The notes under the pieces were generated by a model that was not told where the DNA came from, searched no databases, and saw only the letters and a list, made by a program, of their open reading frames with translations. A DNA stretch of 64,000 nucleotides, taken from NCBI GenBank assembly GCA_905212975.1, contig CAJMGO010000001.1, positions 110,650 through 174,649 of the forward strand, given 5' to 3'. The position numbers and the translations under genes are program-made. Of the stretch, positions 7,642 through 17,349 are shown piece by piece. Position 1 is the stretch's first letter, and every line of letters starts with the position of its first letter. This DNA comes from an uncultured Bacillota bacterium. Its GTDB lineage: Bacteria > Bacillota_I > Bacilli_A > RF39 > UBA660.

Positions 7642-9426
7642 ATGAATTTAAAAGAACAAATTGCTCCTAAAGGGCTACAATTTAAATCAAATAGTTTTAT
7701 CATTAGTGATAAGTATGCAACTATATTAACTGTTATTGGTTATCCTAAATATATTAATCCTGGTTTTTTATCTTCATTAACTAGTATGTCTGGTATTAAA
7801 ATTGTAATTAAACATATTCCTATGCCTTTTTCTTCAATTAGAAAAATGCTTAATAAAGAAATTGCTTCTTTAAAGGAAAGATATCAACAAGAAAAAGACA
7901 AAACTCTTCAAGAAAGAATTAGAATGGATTATGAAACAATTGAACAATTTGTTTCAATGCTTGCTGCATCTGAATCAAAAACTTTTGATTTTCAAATGCA
8001 TATTATGATAACTGCAAATTCTGAAGAAGAACTTCAAAATAAAAAACAACAATTAAAGAATTATTTAGATGCTATGGAATTAAGGGCATATCCTTTAAGA
8101 TTTGAACAAGAACAAGTATTTAAATCTATGCTTCCTTTGTATGGTGATCAACCAATTGAAAAAAGAATTGGTACTCCAATTCCTTCTCCAACTGTAGCTG
8201 CTATGTATCCATTTATATTTGATAGTATAAAGGATCCAGGTTTATCTACTTTGCTTGGTGTTGATTTCTCTGGAGGAGTTATATTATTTAATCAATTTTT
8301 ATATCAAATAAAAAAAGAACATAATAGAAATAATGCAAATATGATAATGTTAGGTACTTCAGGTAGTGGTAAATCAACGGCTGCTAAACTTATTATAAGA
8401 AGTCATTTAAGAAATGATTATAAGGTTGTTTATATTGATCCTGAAGGTGAATTGGAAGAAATGTGCACAAAAATGGGTGGAGATTTCATTGACCTTGGAA
8501 AAGGTGGAGAATATGGTATGATTAATCCACTTGAAGTTGTAGTAGATGCTGATGAAGATGAAATTGCAAGTGGACTTGGTTATACGGTTTTAACTAGAAC
8601 ACTTCAAACAGTAAAAGCATTTATGAAATATTATGATCCACATATTGAAGAAGATGTCTTGAATATGTTTAGTGAAATGTTACAAGAAACTTATAGAAGA
8701 TTTGGAATTGATTTTAATTCAGATTTTTCTAAATTTTCTTCTAAGGATTATCCTACATTTAGAGATGTGTATGCTACTATTAGAGGTAAATTAAATTCTA
8801 TGGTTGAAAAAACTCAAGAAAAAGATATAATGGAAAAACTTGAGATAAAAATAAGACCTTTAGTTAAAGAATTAAAATACTATTTTGATGATCATACAAC
8901 TATTAGTCCTAAAAGTTCATTTATAGTATTTAATATAAGAGAATTGATGAATGCTGATCAAAATATTAGAAATGCATTATTCTTTAATATATTAAAATAT
9001 GCTTGGGGATTAACTTTGGACAAGTCTGTAAATACTGTTTTAGCAGTAGATGAGGCACATGTATTATTGTCAGGTAATAATACACTTGGGGCTGATTTCT
9101 TAGCTCAAATTCAAAGACGTGCAAGAAAATATAATACTGGTACTATGATAATTACTCAACAACCTAGTGATTTTAGTGATCCAGCAGTAATTACTCAAGG
9201 AAAAGCTATATTTGATAATGCTTCTTATTATTTAGTAATGGGATTAAAGAAACAAGCTGCTGAGGATTTAGCATTATTAATTGATTTAAATGATAATGAA
9301 AAAGAAAATATTAAAAGATATAATCAAGGTGAAGCTTTATTTGTTTGTGGTAGCCGTAGAATGCAAATTAATATTGTTGTAACTGAAAAAGAATTAGAAT
9401 CATTTGGAAGTGGCGGAGGACTATAA
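7642..9426 (+). CDS. VirB4-like conjugal transfer ATPase (main body)
   Basis: Walker A GTSGSGKST, Walker B LAVDEAH, and IITQQPSDF. It starts with APKGLQF...YATILTVIGYPKY, which is typical of the internal part of VirB4/TraE proteins. Confidence 0.85.
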   Translation: MNLKEQIAPKGLQFKSNSFIISDKYATILTVIGYPKYINPGFLSSLTSMSGIKIVIKHIPMPFSSIRKMLNKEIASLKERYQQEKDKTLQERIRMDYETIEQFVSMLAASESKTFDFQMHIMITANSEEELQNKKQQLKNYLDAMELRAYPLRFEQEQVFKSMLPLYGDQPIEKRIGTPIPSPTVAAMYPFIFDSIKDPGLSTLLGVDFSGGVILFNQFLYQIKKEHNRNNANMIMLGTSGSGKSTAAKLIIRSHLRNDYKVVYIDPEGELEEMCTKMGGDFIDLGKGGEYGMINPLEVVVDADEDEIASGLGYTVLTRTLQTVKAFMKYYDPHIEEDVLNMFSEMLQETYRRFGIDFNSDFSKFSSKDYPTFRDVYATIRGKLNSMVEKTQEKDIMEKLEIKIRPLVKELKYYFDDHTTISPKSSFIVFNIRELMNADQNIRNALFFNILKYAWGLTLDKSVNTVLAVDEAHVLLSGNNTLGADFLAQIQRRARKYNTGTMIITQQPSDFSDPAVITQGKAIFDNASYYLVMGLKKQAAEDLALLIDLNDNEKENIKRYNQGEALFVCGSRRMQINIVVTEKELESFGSGGGL

Positions 9427-9458
9427 TTTAAATGATATAAAAGTTTGGTGGTGATAGA

Positions 9459-11555
9459 ATGGATGGAAAAAATGATATGAATAAAGTAAATAATAAAAGT
9501 AATGGAAATAATAGTTTTCCATCCCAACCAAACAAATTTATAAATAATTATAAAAAAAATAGTTCTGATAGCTCTAATTTGAAAGATACTGTACAGCGAG
9601 GTCAAAAGCAAAATGATTTAATAAATAAACAAAATGAAATTTTAAAGAAAAATATAAGTAAACAGGCTGTTGAAAATCCTAAAGAAAGTAATATAGTAAA
9701 GGGGAAAAATTCTAATACTGAATCAAATGGATTATCAAAGAACATGGCTGTTAATAAAGCTAAAAATTTGATGAATTCTATTCATAGTAATAAGAAAAAA
9801 AATAATGCTGATTCTAATGATACAGATAGTCAAGATGGAAAAAAAGAAAGTACTGCAGATTCGTTAAAAAAGAAAATTTTTTCATCTTTTATTACGTCTT
9901 CAACTGGAATACCAAAGCCATTGGCTGATAAATTTTCAAGTAAAGCTGTTGACAAATCTAAAATTGTGTCTAAAATTTTAATTTATGGAGGAATCTTCTT
10001 TGTATTTATTTTTATAGCCGCTATAGCAAGTATTATTTCTGCTTCTGGAAGTGAAGGTGGAAAAGATTCGGAAAAAGAAAATTTTTCATTATTTGTTAGT
10101 GGTGAAATGTCTGATGTAGATTTTTATAATTATTTGGTTTCTAGAAATTTAGTTGATGGTTCATGTATTAATCAAGATGATGATACTTTAAATGATAATT
10201 GCCCCGAGATGGATTTTTTTAAAAAAATTAATGAAAAATTGGGAAATGAAAATAGTTCTTCAAAAGTAGAAAAAATGTTAATTATATATTATGCAATCAC
10301 TTATAATAGAGATGACATTGATTATTCTGAAATTAATGATTCGAAAGAGCTTAATGATTTATTAGCTAATAAAAATGATCTAAAAAATTATATAAATGGT
10401 GATTATATTACTAATTATAGAAGTGATATTTCTACTTATCCAGATTTTGATTTATATGCAAAAATTTCAGACGGAATTATATCAGATGATAGTAGTAAAA
10501 ATATTGCTGTAAGTAACTATTCTGCATGTTCTTCTATAGTTGTAGAAGGCATAGAAACAGCTATGTCAATTGATGATTATATTGCAGGAGTTGTAGCTTA
10601 TGAATTTAATGGCGAAGGAAATAGTGAGTCTTGGAAAGCTTTTTCTATTATGCTTAGAACATATATTATTAATTTAACTGATGGTTGTAAAAATCAATTT
10701 TTGCCTAATAAGATTCAATATAATAATAATCCTTCTGATGAAGTAAAAAAATCTGTAAATGACAGTTCAAAAACGATTTTAAATGATTCAAATGAAGCTT
10801 TAGGAACTGTTAGTTATAGTGATTTCTGCTATGATTGTAATGAAGGAAATTCTGATATATATAATGATAGTAGTAATTTTGAGGAAATAATAAAAAAGTT
10901 TTATCCAAATTATGAATTAAAAAAATATGGAAGTAGTATGGGTGGACCTATTAATGGTAATTATTCAAATCTTTTCTATTATGTAGCAAGTGATTTCAAA
11001 GATGCTCATAAAAATTATAAGGCATCAAAAATAAAAAATTTAAAATATTATGATGGTACTGTTTATATTAGTGCTAGTACATATCAATGCCCATGGTGGG
11101 CTAAAGCTAGAGCTTTAGAAATGTTGGATACAATTACAGTTGCCGATGAAGAAGCAAGAAAAACAGTTATTTCTTATGTGAAAAATTCTATGGGAAATGG
11201 AGTTGACTGGTATACTTTAAAGACTTTAGAAAATTTACCACATAGTGATGATGCTTCTCAAGCATTACCGGGAGCCATTGTTTCATGGTCATGGACATAT
11301 CCTTATTGTACACCTGGAAGAATAAAACAAGAATGGGTAAAGTCTGATGGTACTTGTTACAATTTTGGCCATGTTGGTATTGTTGAAAATGTAACTTATA
11401 ATGATGATGGTACCGTATCTAAGATATATGTTTCAGAATCAGGTGGAACAGATGGAATTTATGTTCATGAATACACTTCGGAAACTATAAAAAAAGGTTG
11501 GGCTGGCATCACTGGTGACTATCAATTTAATGGTTATGTATATCTTTTAAATTAG
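9459..11555 (+). CDS. Bifunctional cell-wall hydrolase: SpoIID/LytB-like domain plus C-terminal CHAP domain
   Basis: An N-terminal K/N/S-rich low-complexity region is followed by one TM helix. DDYIAGVVAYEFNGEGNSESWKAFSIMLRTYIIN is SpoIID-like. YQCPWWAKARA ... FGHVGIVE gives the CHAP Cys/His. Confidence 0.7.
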   Translation: MDGKNDMNKVNNKSNGNNSFPSQPNKFINNYKKNSSDSSNLKDTVQRGQKQNDLINKQNEILKKNISKQAVENPKESNIVKGKNSNTESNGLSKNMAVNKAKNLMNSIHSNKKKNNADSNDTDSQDGKKESTADSLKKKIFSSFITSSTGIPKPLADKFSSKAVDKSKIVSKILIYGGIFFVFIFIAAIASIISASGSEGGKDSEKENFSLFVSGEMSDVDFYNYLVSRNLVDGSCINQDDDTLNDNCPEMDFFKKINEKLGNENSSSKVEKMLIIYYAITYNRDDIDYSEINDSKELNDLLANKNDLKNYINGDYITNYRSDISTYPDFDLYAKISDGIISDDSSKNIAVSNYSACSSIVVEGIETAMSIDDYIAGVVAYEFNGEGNSESWKAFSIMLRTYIINLTDGCKNQFLPNKIQYNNNPSDEVKKSVNDSSKTILNDSNEALGTVSYSDFCYDCNEGNSDIYNDSSNFEEIIKKFYPNYELKKYGSSMGGPINGNYSNLFYYVASDFKDAHKNYKASKIKNLKYYDGTVYISASTYQCPWWAKARALEMLDTITVADEEARKTVISYVKNSMGNGVDWYTLKTLENLPHSDDASQALPGAIVSWSWTYPYCTPGRIKQEWVKSDGTCYNFGHVGIVENVTYNDDGTVSKIYVSESGGTDGIYVHEYTSETIKKGWAGITGDYQFNGYVYLLN

Positions 11556-11564
11556 AGGTGTAAT

Positions 11565-12236
11565 ATGAAAAAATTTACAAAATTATTTCTGTTAATATTA
11601 TTAATGTTTTCTATAAGTGGTTGTTCTACGGAACATGAGTTAGTTATTGATGATAATGGAATGACAGAAAAAATTAATATTATTGTTCCAAAAACTGAAG
11701 AAAATAAAACTAAAATTTATGGACAGTATCAAAATAATTTATATGCCATAGATAATGATTATACTAAAAAAATGTATGATAAAAAAATATCAGAGAATGA
11801 GGATAATTATGTATTAACATATAAAGTAAATTATGCTTTTTCTGAAATAAAATTCGATTATTTGTTTAGTACTTGCTTTGACTCATATAGTGCTGTAAAA
11901 GGAAATGATAATACATTTATAATAAGTACATCTAAAGGATATAATTGTTTATATTATGAAATGGGAAATTTTGATAAATACGAATTAAAAATTAGGACGA
12001 AATATAATGTATTAGAAACAAATGCTGATTCTATTGATAAAGATGTTATGAAATGGAATATTGATTTTACTAATTATGAAAATAAAAATATATATTTAAA
12101 GATTAGTCTTGAAAAAAATAAAAAAAATATTTCTGCTTATGGTATTTTGATAATTATTTTTGCTTCTATTCTTGTATTAAGTGGTATAATATTTTTAATT
12201 GTTAAAGCAATAAATAAGAAAAATAATAAAATTTAG
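11565..12236 (+). CDS. Lipoprotein with an additional C-terminal TM anchor, function unknown
   Basis: Lipobox FSISGC after a hydrophobic signal, plus a C-terminal helix GILIIIFASILVLSGIIFLIV. Confidence 0.6.
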   Translation: MKKFTKLFLLILLMFSISGCSTEHELVIDDNGMTEKINIIVPKTEENKTKIYGQYQNNLYAIDNDYTKKMYDKKISENEDNYVLTYKVNYAFSEIKFDYLFSTCFDSYSAVKGNDNTFIISTSKGYNCLYYEMGNFDKYELKIRTKYNVLETNADSIDKDVMKWNIDFTNYENKNIYLKISLEKNKKNISAYGILIIIFASILVLSGIIFLIVKAINKKNNKI

Positions 12237-12246
12237 GAGGTAACTT

Positions 12247-14337
12247 ATGAAACTAAAATTTAGAGCTGATCCGAAAAACTGGTTTATATTTGGAGTATTC
12301 ATGATATTCTTATTCTTGTTAATAGATTTGATTGTCGTAAATGCTATAGCATTTTTAAACAATACGTCTTTTACTTTAAATCCTTTATTAGCTTTTTCAG
12401 AAGGTCTTATAGCACCTGTTATGGTATTTTATATAGGTACTGTTATAGTTGTTTTCTCAAGTTTAAATTCATATTTTTTTGAAAGAGAAAAAGGAATAGG
12501 TTTTTCTTCATCTCCAAAAAAAGAAAAAGGTTATTCTAGGTGGGCAAGTGATAAGGAATTTAAGAAAATATTAAAAAAAGTTAATCCTAAATCACCAACA
12601 TCAGATGTTGCTGGAATTCCACTTATTAATAATGGTAAGGAAATATGGGTTGATGATGGAGAATGGCATAATTTAGTAATTGGGTCCACTGCATCTGGTA
12701 AAACTGAATCAATAGTTCAACCTATGGTTAAAACTTTAGCAAAAGCTGGCGAATCAATGATTATTACCGATCCTAAAGGTGAAATATATGAGAGAAATGC
12801 AGAAGAATTAAGAGAAAAAGGATATGAAATTATTTTACTTAACTTCCGTAATCCACAGATGGGTAATTGTTGGAATCCACTTACTCTTCCTTACAGCTTA
12901 TATAAATCTGGAAATAATGATAAAGCAACAGAGCTTCTAGATGATTTGGCTAAAAATATTCTTTATGATGAAACAAGTAAAGGCCAAGATCCATTTTGGG
13001 AAAATACCTCTGCTGATTACTTTGCTGGACTTTCTTTAGCTTTATTTGAAGATGCTAAAGAAGAAGAAATTAACTTAAATACAATTAACTTGATGACAAC
13101 AATAGGTGAGGAAAAAATAGGAAATACTACATATATGAAAGAGTATTTTAGCGACAAAGATAAATCTTCACCTGCATATGTTAATGTTGCAAGTACTATT
13201 ATGGCCCCAGCTGAAACAAAAGGATCAATTTTATCTGTTTTTAAACAAAAAATAAAATTATTTTCTTCTAAAGAAAATCTTTCTGAAATGTTAAGTCGCA
13301 GTGATTTTGATATGAAAGATATTGGGAAAAAGAAAACAGCTGTATTTATAGTAATTCATGATGAAAAAAAGACATATCATCCACTTGCTACTATATTTAT
13401 TAAACAATGTTATGAAACTTTAGTTGATGTTGCTTTTGAAAATGGGGGTAAATTACCATTTAAAACGAATTTTATATTGGATGAGTTTGCAAATATGCCA
13501 CCTTTAAAGGATGCAGATGCAATGGTTACAGCAGCTCGTTCAAGAAAAATAAGGTTTACTTTTATTATTCAAAACTTTGCCCAGTTAACAGAAGTTTATG
13601 GTAAAGAAAAAGGAGATACAATAAAAGGTAACTGTGGTAACTGGATATATTTGATAAGTAGTGAATTGTCTGCTCTAGAGGAAATAAGTAAAATGTGTGG
13701 TGAGGTAAAATCTAAAAAAGATGATAAGACTGCATCTACTCCACTTGTTACAGTAAGTGATTTACAGAGACTTCCAATGTATACAATGATAATTTTGAGA
13801 ACCAGAGAAAACCCTTTTAAAACAAAAATGACTCCAGCATGGAAAATGGAAAAAGAAGGTATGTGGGATAAAGTTTATCCAAAATCAGATTATCCACACA
13901 GAGAAAAAAATAAAGTTCCAGTTTTTGATTTAAAGGAATATGTAGATAAAAAAAGAGAAGAAAAAATTAACCAAATGATGTCAAATAGTGAGAATAAAGG
14001 TCCATCAATGTTTGATCCTTCTGCAATGTTTAGTCCTAAGAAAACTCCTTTCAATCCAATGATGGGAAAAAATCCTGGGCTTGATGTTGATGAAATAGTA
14101 AAAAGATTGGATGCAAAAATTGCTGAATTAGAAGAAGAAGAAAGATTAGAAAATGAAAAAAATAAACAACAAGAATTAAAAGATAAGAAAGATATTAAAG
14201 AAGTTATTGATTTTAAGGATGAAAAATCAGAAAAAGATAAAAAAAAGGATGACTTTATTGATACAAAAGTTTCTTCTGATGCAGATATAACTGATGATCA
14301 ATTTTTTGATGATTTCTTTTATGATGATGATGAATAA
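12247..14337 (+). CDS. Type IV coupling protein (VirD4/TraG family)
   Basis: Two N-terminal TM helices, Walker A GSTASGKTES, TDPKGE, and Walker B FILDEFANMP followed by IIQNFAQL. The C-terminal tail is acidic (DDQFFDDFFYDDDE). Confidence 0.85.
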   Translation: MKLKFRADPKNWFIFGVFMIFLFLLIDLIVVNAIAFLNNTSFTLNPLLAFSEGLIAPVMVFYIGTVIVVFSSLNSYFFEREKGIGFSSSPKKEKGYSRWASDKEFKKILKKVNPKSPTSDVAGIPLINNGKEIWVDDGEWHNLVIGSTASGKTESIVQPMVKTLAKAGESMIITDPKGEIYERNAEELREKGYEIILLNFRNPQMGNCWNPLTLPYSLYKSGNNDKATELLDDLAKNILYDETSKGQDPFWENTSADYFAGLSLALFEDAKEEEINLNTINLMTTIGEEKIGNTTYMKEYFSDKDKSSPAYVNVASTIMAPAETKGSILSVFKQKIKLFSSKENLSEMLSRSDFDMKDIGKKKTAVFIVIHDEKKTYHPLATIFIKQCYETLVDVAFENGGKLPFKTNFILDEFANMPPLKDADAMVTAARSRKIRFTFIIQNFAQLTEVYGKEKGDTIKGNCGNWIYLISSELSALEEISKMCGEVKSKKDDKTASTPLVTVSDLQRLPMYTMIILRTRENPFKTKMTPAWKMEKEGMWDKVYPKSDYPHREKNKVPVFDLKEYVDKKREEKINQMMSNSENKGPSMFDPSAMFSPKKTPFNPMMGKNPGLDVDEIVKRLDAKIAELEEEERLENEKNKQQELKDKKDIKEVIDFKDEKSEKDKKKDDFIDTKVSSDADITDDQFFDDFFYDDDE

Positions 14338-14362
14338 AGTGTTAAAAACACTTTATTTTTTA
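14337..14362 (+). terminator. Rho-independent terminator
   Basis: Stem AAGTGTT / AACACTT with a short loop, followed by a T-rich run. Confidence 0.55.
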
Positions 14363-14406
14363 TTTATATATATGGTATAATGAAAGTAATTATAGGAGGA
14401 AAAATT

Positions 14407-16389
14407 ATGAAAAAAAAAGGTATTTTTTATATTTTATTTGCATTTTTAATAATGTTTGGTTTAAAAGCAAATGTATTTGCTGAGGGGGATGACCTTTTTT
14501 GTGTATATAAAGTAGAAAATGCAAAAGAAGCGTTGCCAAGTAATAATGGTGATTATTTTGCCTTATCTCTTTATGACGACAAATGGAAGGTAAGGCGATT
14601 GTATTCTAGCGAAAATGAAACATATTATAGTTTTAGTGGGAATTATTCAGATGATGATTATGATTATTTGGCTTCATCTCTTAATACTGAAGTTTTTGAG
14701 TGCCCTAAAAATATATATGCTATTTTAAAAAACAAGGATTCAAGTTCTATTTTAAAAAATATAATTGGAAACATAAACATAGGTCCAAGTTTTACTTTAG
14801 AACAAAATGAAAAATTTAATGTTGGTAATTTAAAACTTTTAAGTTTCCCTCAAAAAATATGTTCATATAGTGATGAAAATAAATCTTCTTATATTCAGTT
14901 GATTCGTTCTTCTTCTGGGGTTCTAGCAAATCCATTTATTGTATCTGGGAATGCAGGAATTGTTAGTAGTTTTAAAGGCAATGCTAGTTTATCTAAAATA
15001 AAGGTTCCTTTTGAACTTGATAATGGTTCTTGTTACAAAGAGTTATATATTGGCGATAATATATCTAATGATGAATCAAAAGCTGGAAGCTCTAGTAAAA
15101 AATGGAACTTAATTTCTAATACTAATTTTATTGAGGTTGATGAAAACGGAAATTCTAGTGAAGGTGGTAATTCGTTTAAGTCGCTTGCATGTACTTATAC
15201 CGATGGTTCTAACGACTATATTTTAAGTCAAGGATATGCCGGTAAAATTACATTTGTAAGGTTGGCTTCAAATGATAAAGGAATTGCTAGTTCGAAGTAC
15301 ATTGTTAATAATAACTCCCTTGATTCATTTCTTTTAGATACTTCTAATGGTGTTATGTTTGATTATGGAACTAAATATTTAGATTCATGCCCTAGAAAGC
15401 TTTTTGCTGATTCATCTAAATATATAACAAATAATTCTACAGGAGCTATAAAAACATTTACAGCAACTGATTCAATTGTTTGTATTACGGCTCAATCTGG
15501 GACTTATAAAAGTGGAAGTGAAGGTTATTACTATGTTAAAACAAGAAAGGGTTTATATACTGCCTCTACTAAATTAGTTAATTCAAGTGGTGTTATAAAT
15601 AATTTAAAGAATTTTAAATTTGATGAATATAAATTTTTTAATTCTTCTGCTTCACAGGATAAAAAAGCCGAAGACATTTGTGGCAAAGTCGAAGTTTCAG
15701 ATGAAAATGGTTTTATTAGAAATAATTTTTTTAATATTGCATTTAAAAATAAAGGCTTAAATGAAGAAGGAATTTGTAAATATGGTGACATACAAATTAA
15801 GTTGAATTATAAAAATAAAAAATTTAGTGTCGTTTCTTCTAATAGTTGTTCTAATGGTATTGATGTTTCTAGGGTGGGTTGGAGTGATGTATCTAATTCA
15901 GTAAGCACTGGATGTAATTATGATTCTAAGTTTAAAATTGATAATTGCAAATTAGTAAAAAATAGTAACGGTAGTTCAATAGATCAAAATTATGAATCAG
16001 ATAAAAAAAATGACTTGAAAGAAGGAGAATCATCAGTTGTAAAAGGAAACATTGTTAAAAAATCTTCTTATAAACAAAATAGAACATATTATAAGCCAAT
16101 ATGTGGTTTATTTAAAAAGCCTGATGATGGTGGAAAACTATTTAATTATATTTTGAATGCTTATAAAATTGTTAAAGTGGTTGTTCCTGTATTAGTTGTC
16201 ATACTAACTATAATAGAATTTTTAAAAGTTTTATTTAGTGGTGAAGATAAAACTATGAAAGATGCTTTTAAAGCTACTACAACAAGATTTATATTAATTG
16301 CTGTATTAATATTTGTCCCTGTAATAGTAGAATTTGTTATAAAAATTAGTGGTGTTTCTGAAAATTGTTTACAGTATTTTGTTAAGTAA
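14407..16389 (+). CDS. Large secreted protein ending in a third pilin-like 2-TM module
   Basis: RBS taggaggaaaaattATG and a signal peptide ending NVFA/EGDD. A Cys-containing, Ser/Asn-rich ectodomain of about 590 aa follows. The C-terminus VVPVLVVILTIIEFLKVLFSGEDKTMKDAFKATTTRFILIAVLIFVPVIV aligns with copies 1 and 2. Confidence 0.65.
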   Translation: MKKKGIFYILFAFLIMFGLKANVFAEGDDLFCVYKVENAKEALPSNNGDYFALSLYDDKWKVRRLYSSENETYYSFSGNYSDDDYDYLASSLNTEVFECPKNIYAILKNKDSSSILKNIIGNINIGPSFTLEQNEKFNVGNLKLLSFPQKICSYSDENKSSYIQLIRSSSGVLANPFIVSGNAGIVSSFKGNASLSKIKVPFELDNGSCYKELYIGDNISNDESKAGSSSKKWNLISNTNFIEVDENGNSSEGGNSFKSLACTYTDGSNDYILSQGYAGKITFVRLASNDKGIASSKYIVNNNSLDSFLLDTSNGVMFDYGTKYLDSCPRKLFADSSKYITNNSTGAIKTFTATDSIVCITAQSGTYKSGSEGYYYVKTRKGLYTASTKLVNSSGVINNLKNFKFDEYKFFNSSASQDKKAEDICGKVEVSDENGFIRNNFFNIAFKNKGLNEEGICKYGDIQIKLNYKNKKFSVVSSNSCSNGIDVSRVGWSDVSNSVSTGCNYDSKFKIDNCKLVKNSNGSSIDQNYESDKKNDLKEGESSVVKGNIVKKSSYKQNRTYYKPICGLFKKPDDGGKLFNYILNAYKIVKVVVPVLVVILTIIEFLKVLFSGEDKTMKDAFKATTTRFILIAVLIFVPVIVEFVIKISGVSENCLQYFVK

Positions 16390-16438
16390 ACTATTTAAAT
16401 ATTTAAATAAATCACGGACGCATATAATATACTGGGTG

Positions 16439-16735
16439 ATGCATATGTTATCTAGTATATCGGTTCGTGATTTTTTATTGAATAGAATTAATAGTAATAT
16501 TATTGATATAAGAAGTGTTGAAAGATATAATAATAATCATATACCAGGTGCTATTAATATTGAACAAAATCAATTATTAATAAATGCTAGTAAGTATTTA
16601 AAAAAGAATGAAAGATATTATATATATTGCCAAAAAGGTATTAGTAGTCAAAAATTATCTATGATTTTAAATAATATGGGATATATGACTACAAGTATTT
16701 CTGGTGGATATGAGGAATGGATAATGCAAAGTTAA
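16439..16735 (+). CDS. Single-domain rhodanese (sulfurtransferase)
   Basis: IIDIRSVERYNNNHIPGAINI plus the active-site loop YCQKGISS. The ATG at 16439 avoids overlap with the previous gene; the ORF track starts at 16349. Confidence 0.75.
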   Translation: MHMLSSISVRDFLLNRINSNIIDIRSVERYNNNHIPGAINIEQNQLLINASKYLKKNERYYIYCQKGISSQKLSMILNNMGYMTTSISGGYEEWIMQS

Positions 16736-16795
16736 TAAAAGGACTTAGGTCTTTTTATTTTTATTTAATTGTTTTATAATATATATGGTGAGTAT

Positions 16796-17278
16796 ATGAA
16801 ATTAGAATCTATTGAATTAATAAATTATAATGAAAAATATAAAAATATTTTAGAACAAATAAATAAAGATAATTTACATCATTATGTTAAGCAAATAGAT
16901 GAAAGATTGTTGCTTAATGGTGAGAATGTTGATTTTAAATTGGATTGTGGTTATCTAGTTAAATATATGGATAAAATAATTGGTTATGTTTATTTATCTA
17001 ATATATCTAATTATAGAATGTATATCGAATATCTTATTTTATTTTCTGAAAGAAACAAAGGGTATGGGCATATGGTATTAAAGGAAATTACTGATTTTAT
17101 ATTAAGTAATTATAATATAAAAAGGATATGTTTAGATATTGATAAAAGTAATTTGGCTAGTATGAATACAGCTTTATCTTGTGGTTATATGTATGAAGAT
17201 GATGATTTAATTGATAATTCTAGTAGTATTGAGTTTAGTTTAGATAATGCATATTTTATTTCTAAAAAGTTGCACTAA
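16796..17278 (+). CDS. GNAT family N-acetyltransferase
   Basis: Acetyl-CoA motif RNKGYGHMVLKEI. The ATG at 16796 follows GGTGAG. Confidence 0.7.
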   Translation: MKLESIELINYNEKYKNILEQINKDNLHHYVKQIDERLLLNGENVDFKLDCGYLVKYMDKIIGYVYLSNISNYRMYIEYLILFSERNKGYGHMVLKEITDFILSNYNIKRICLDIDKSNLASMNTALSCGYMYEDDDLIDNSSSIEFSLDNAYFISKKLH

Positions 17279-17349
17279 TTTTAGAATTATGATTTTAAAT
17301 TTATGGGTAGTATGGTATAATTATATATACAGAATATGGAGGTAATGAT

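Larger units (their letters stand above)
1..16389 (+). mobile_element. Distal segment of a Gram-positive-type conjugative transfer (type IV secretion-like) gene cluster; the left end runs off the window
   Basis: Co-directional, tightly packed genes for a VirB4-like ATPase, a VirD4/TraG-like coupling ATPase, a VirB6/TrbL-like polytopic protein, a cell-wall hydrolase and pilin-like 2-TM proteins. No relaxase, integrase or att repeat is visible inside the window. Confidence 0.6.

Noticed and set aside
16393-16408. Tandem palindromic 8-mer ATTTAAAT-ATTTAAAT at the right end of the transfer operon as a possible att or oriT site
   Set aside because: It is pure A/T sequence in a very AT-rich genome, with no partner repeat seen elsewhere in the window.
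16349-16438. Long 5' extensions of track ORFs that overlap upstream genes (16349, 7038, 16769, 20582, 29166, 30320, 47469, 52677, 54652, 63042)
   Set aside because: The extensions begin at TTG/GTG codons without RBSs, or inside the upstream gene. Internal ATG/GTG starts preceded by GGAGG-like sequences were preferred.
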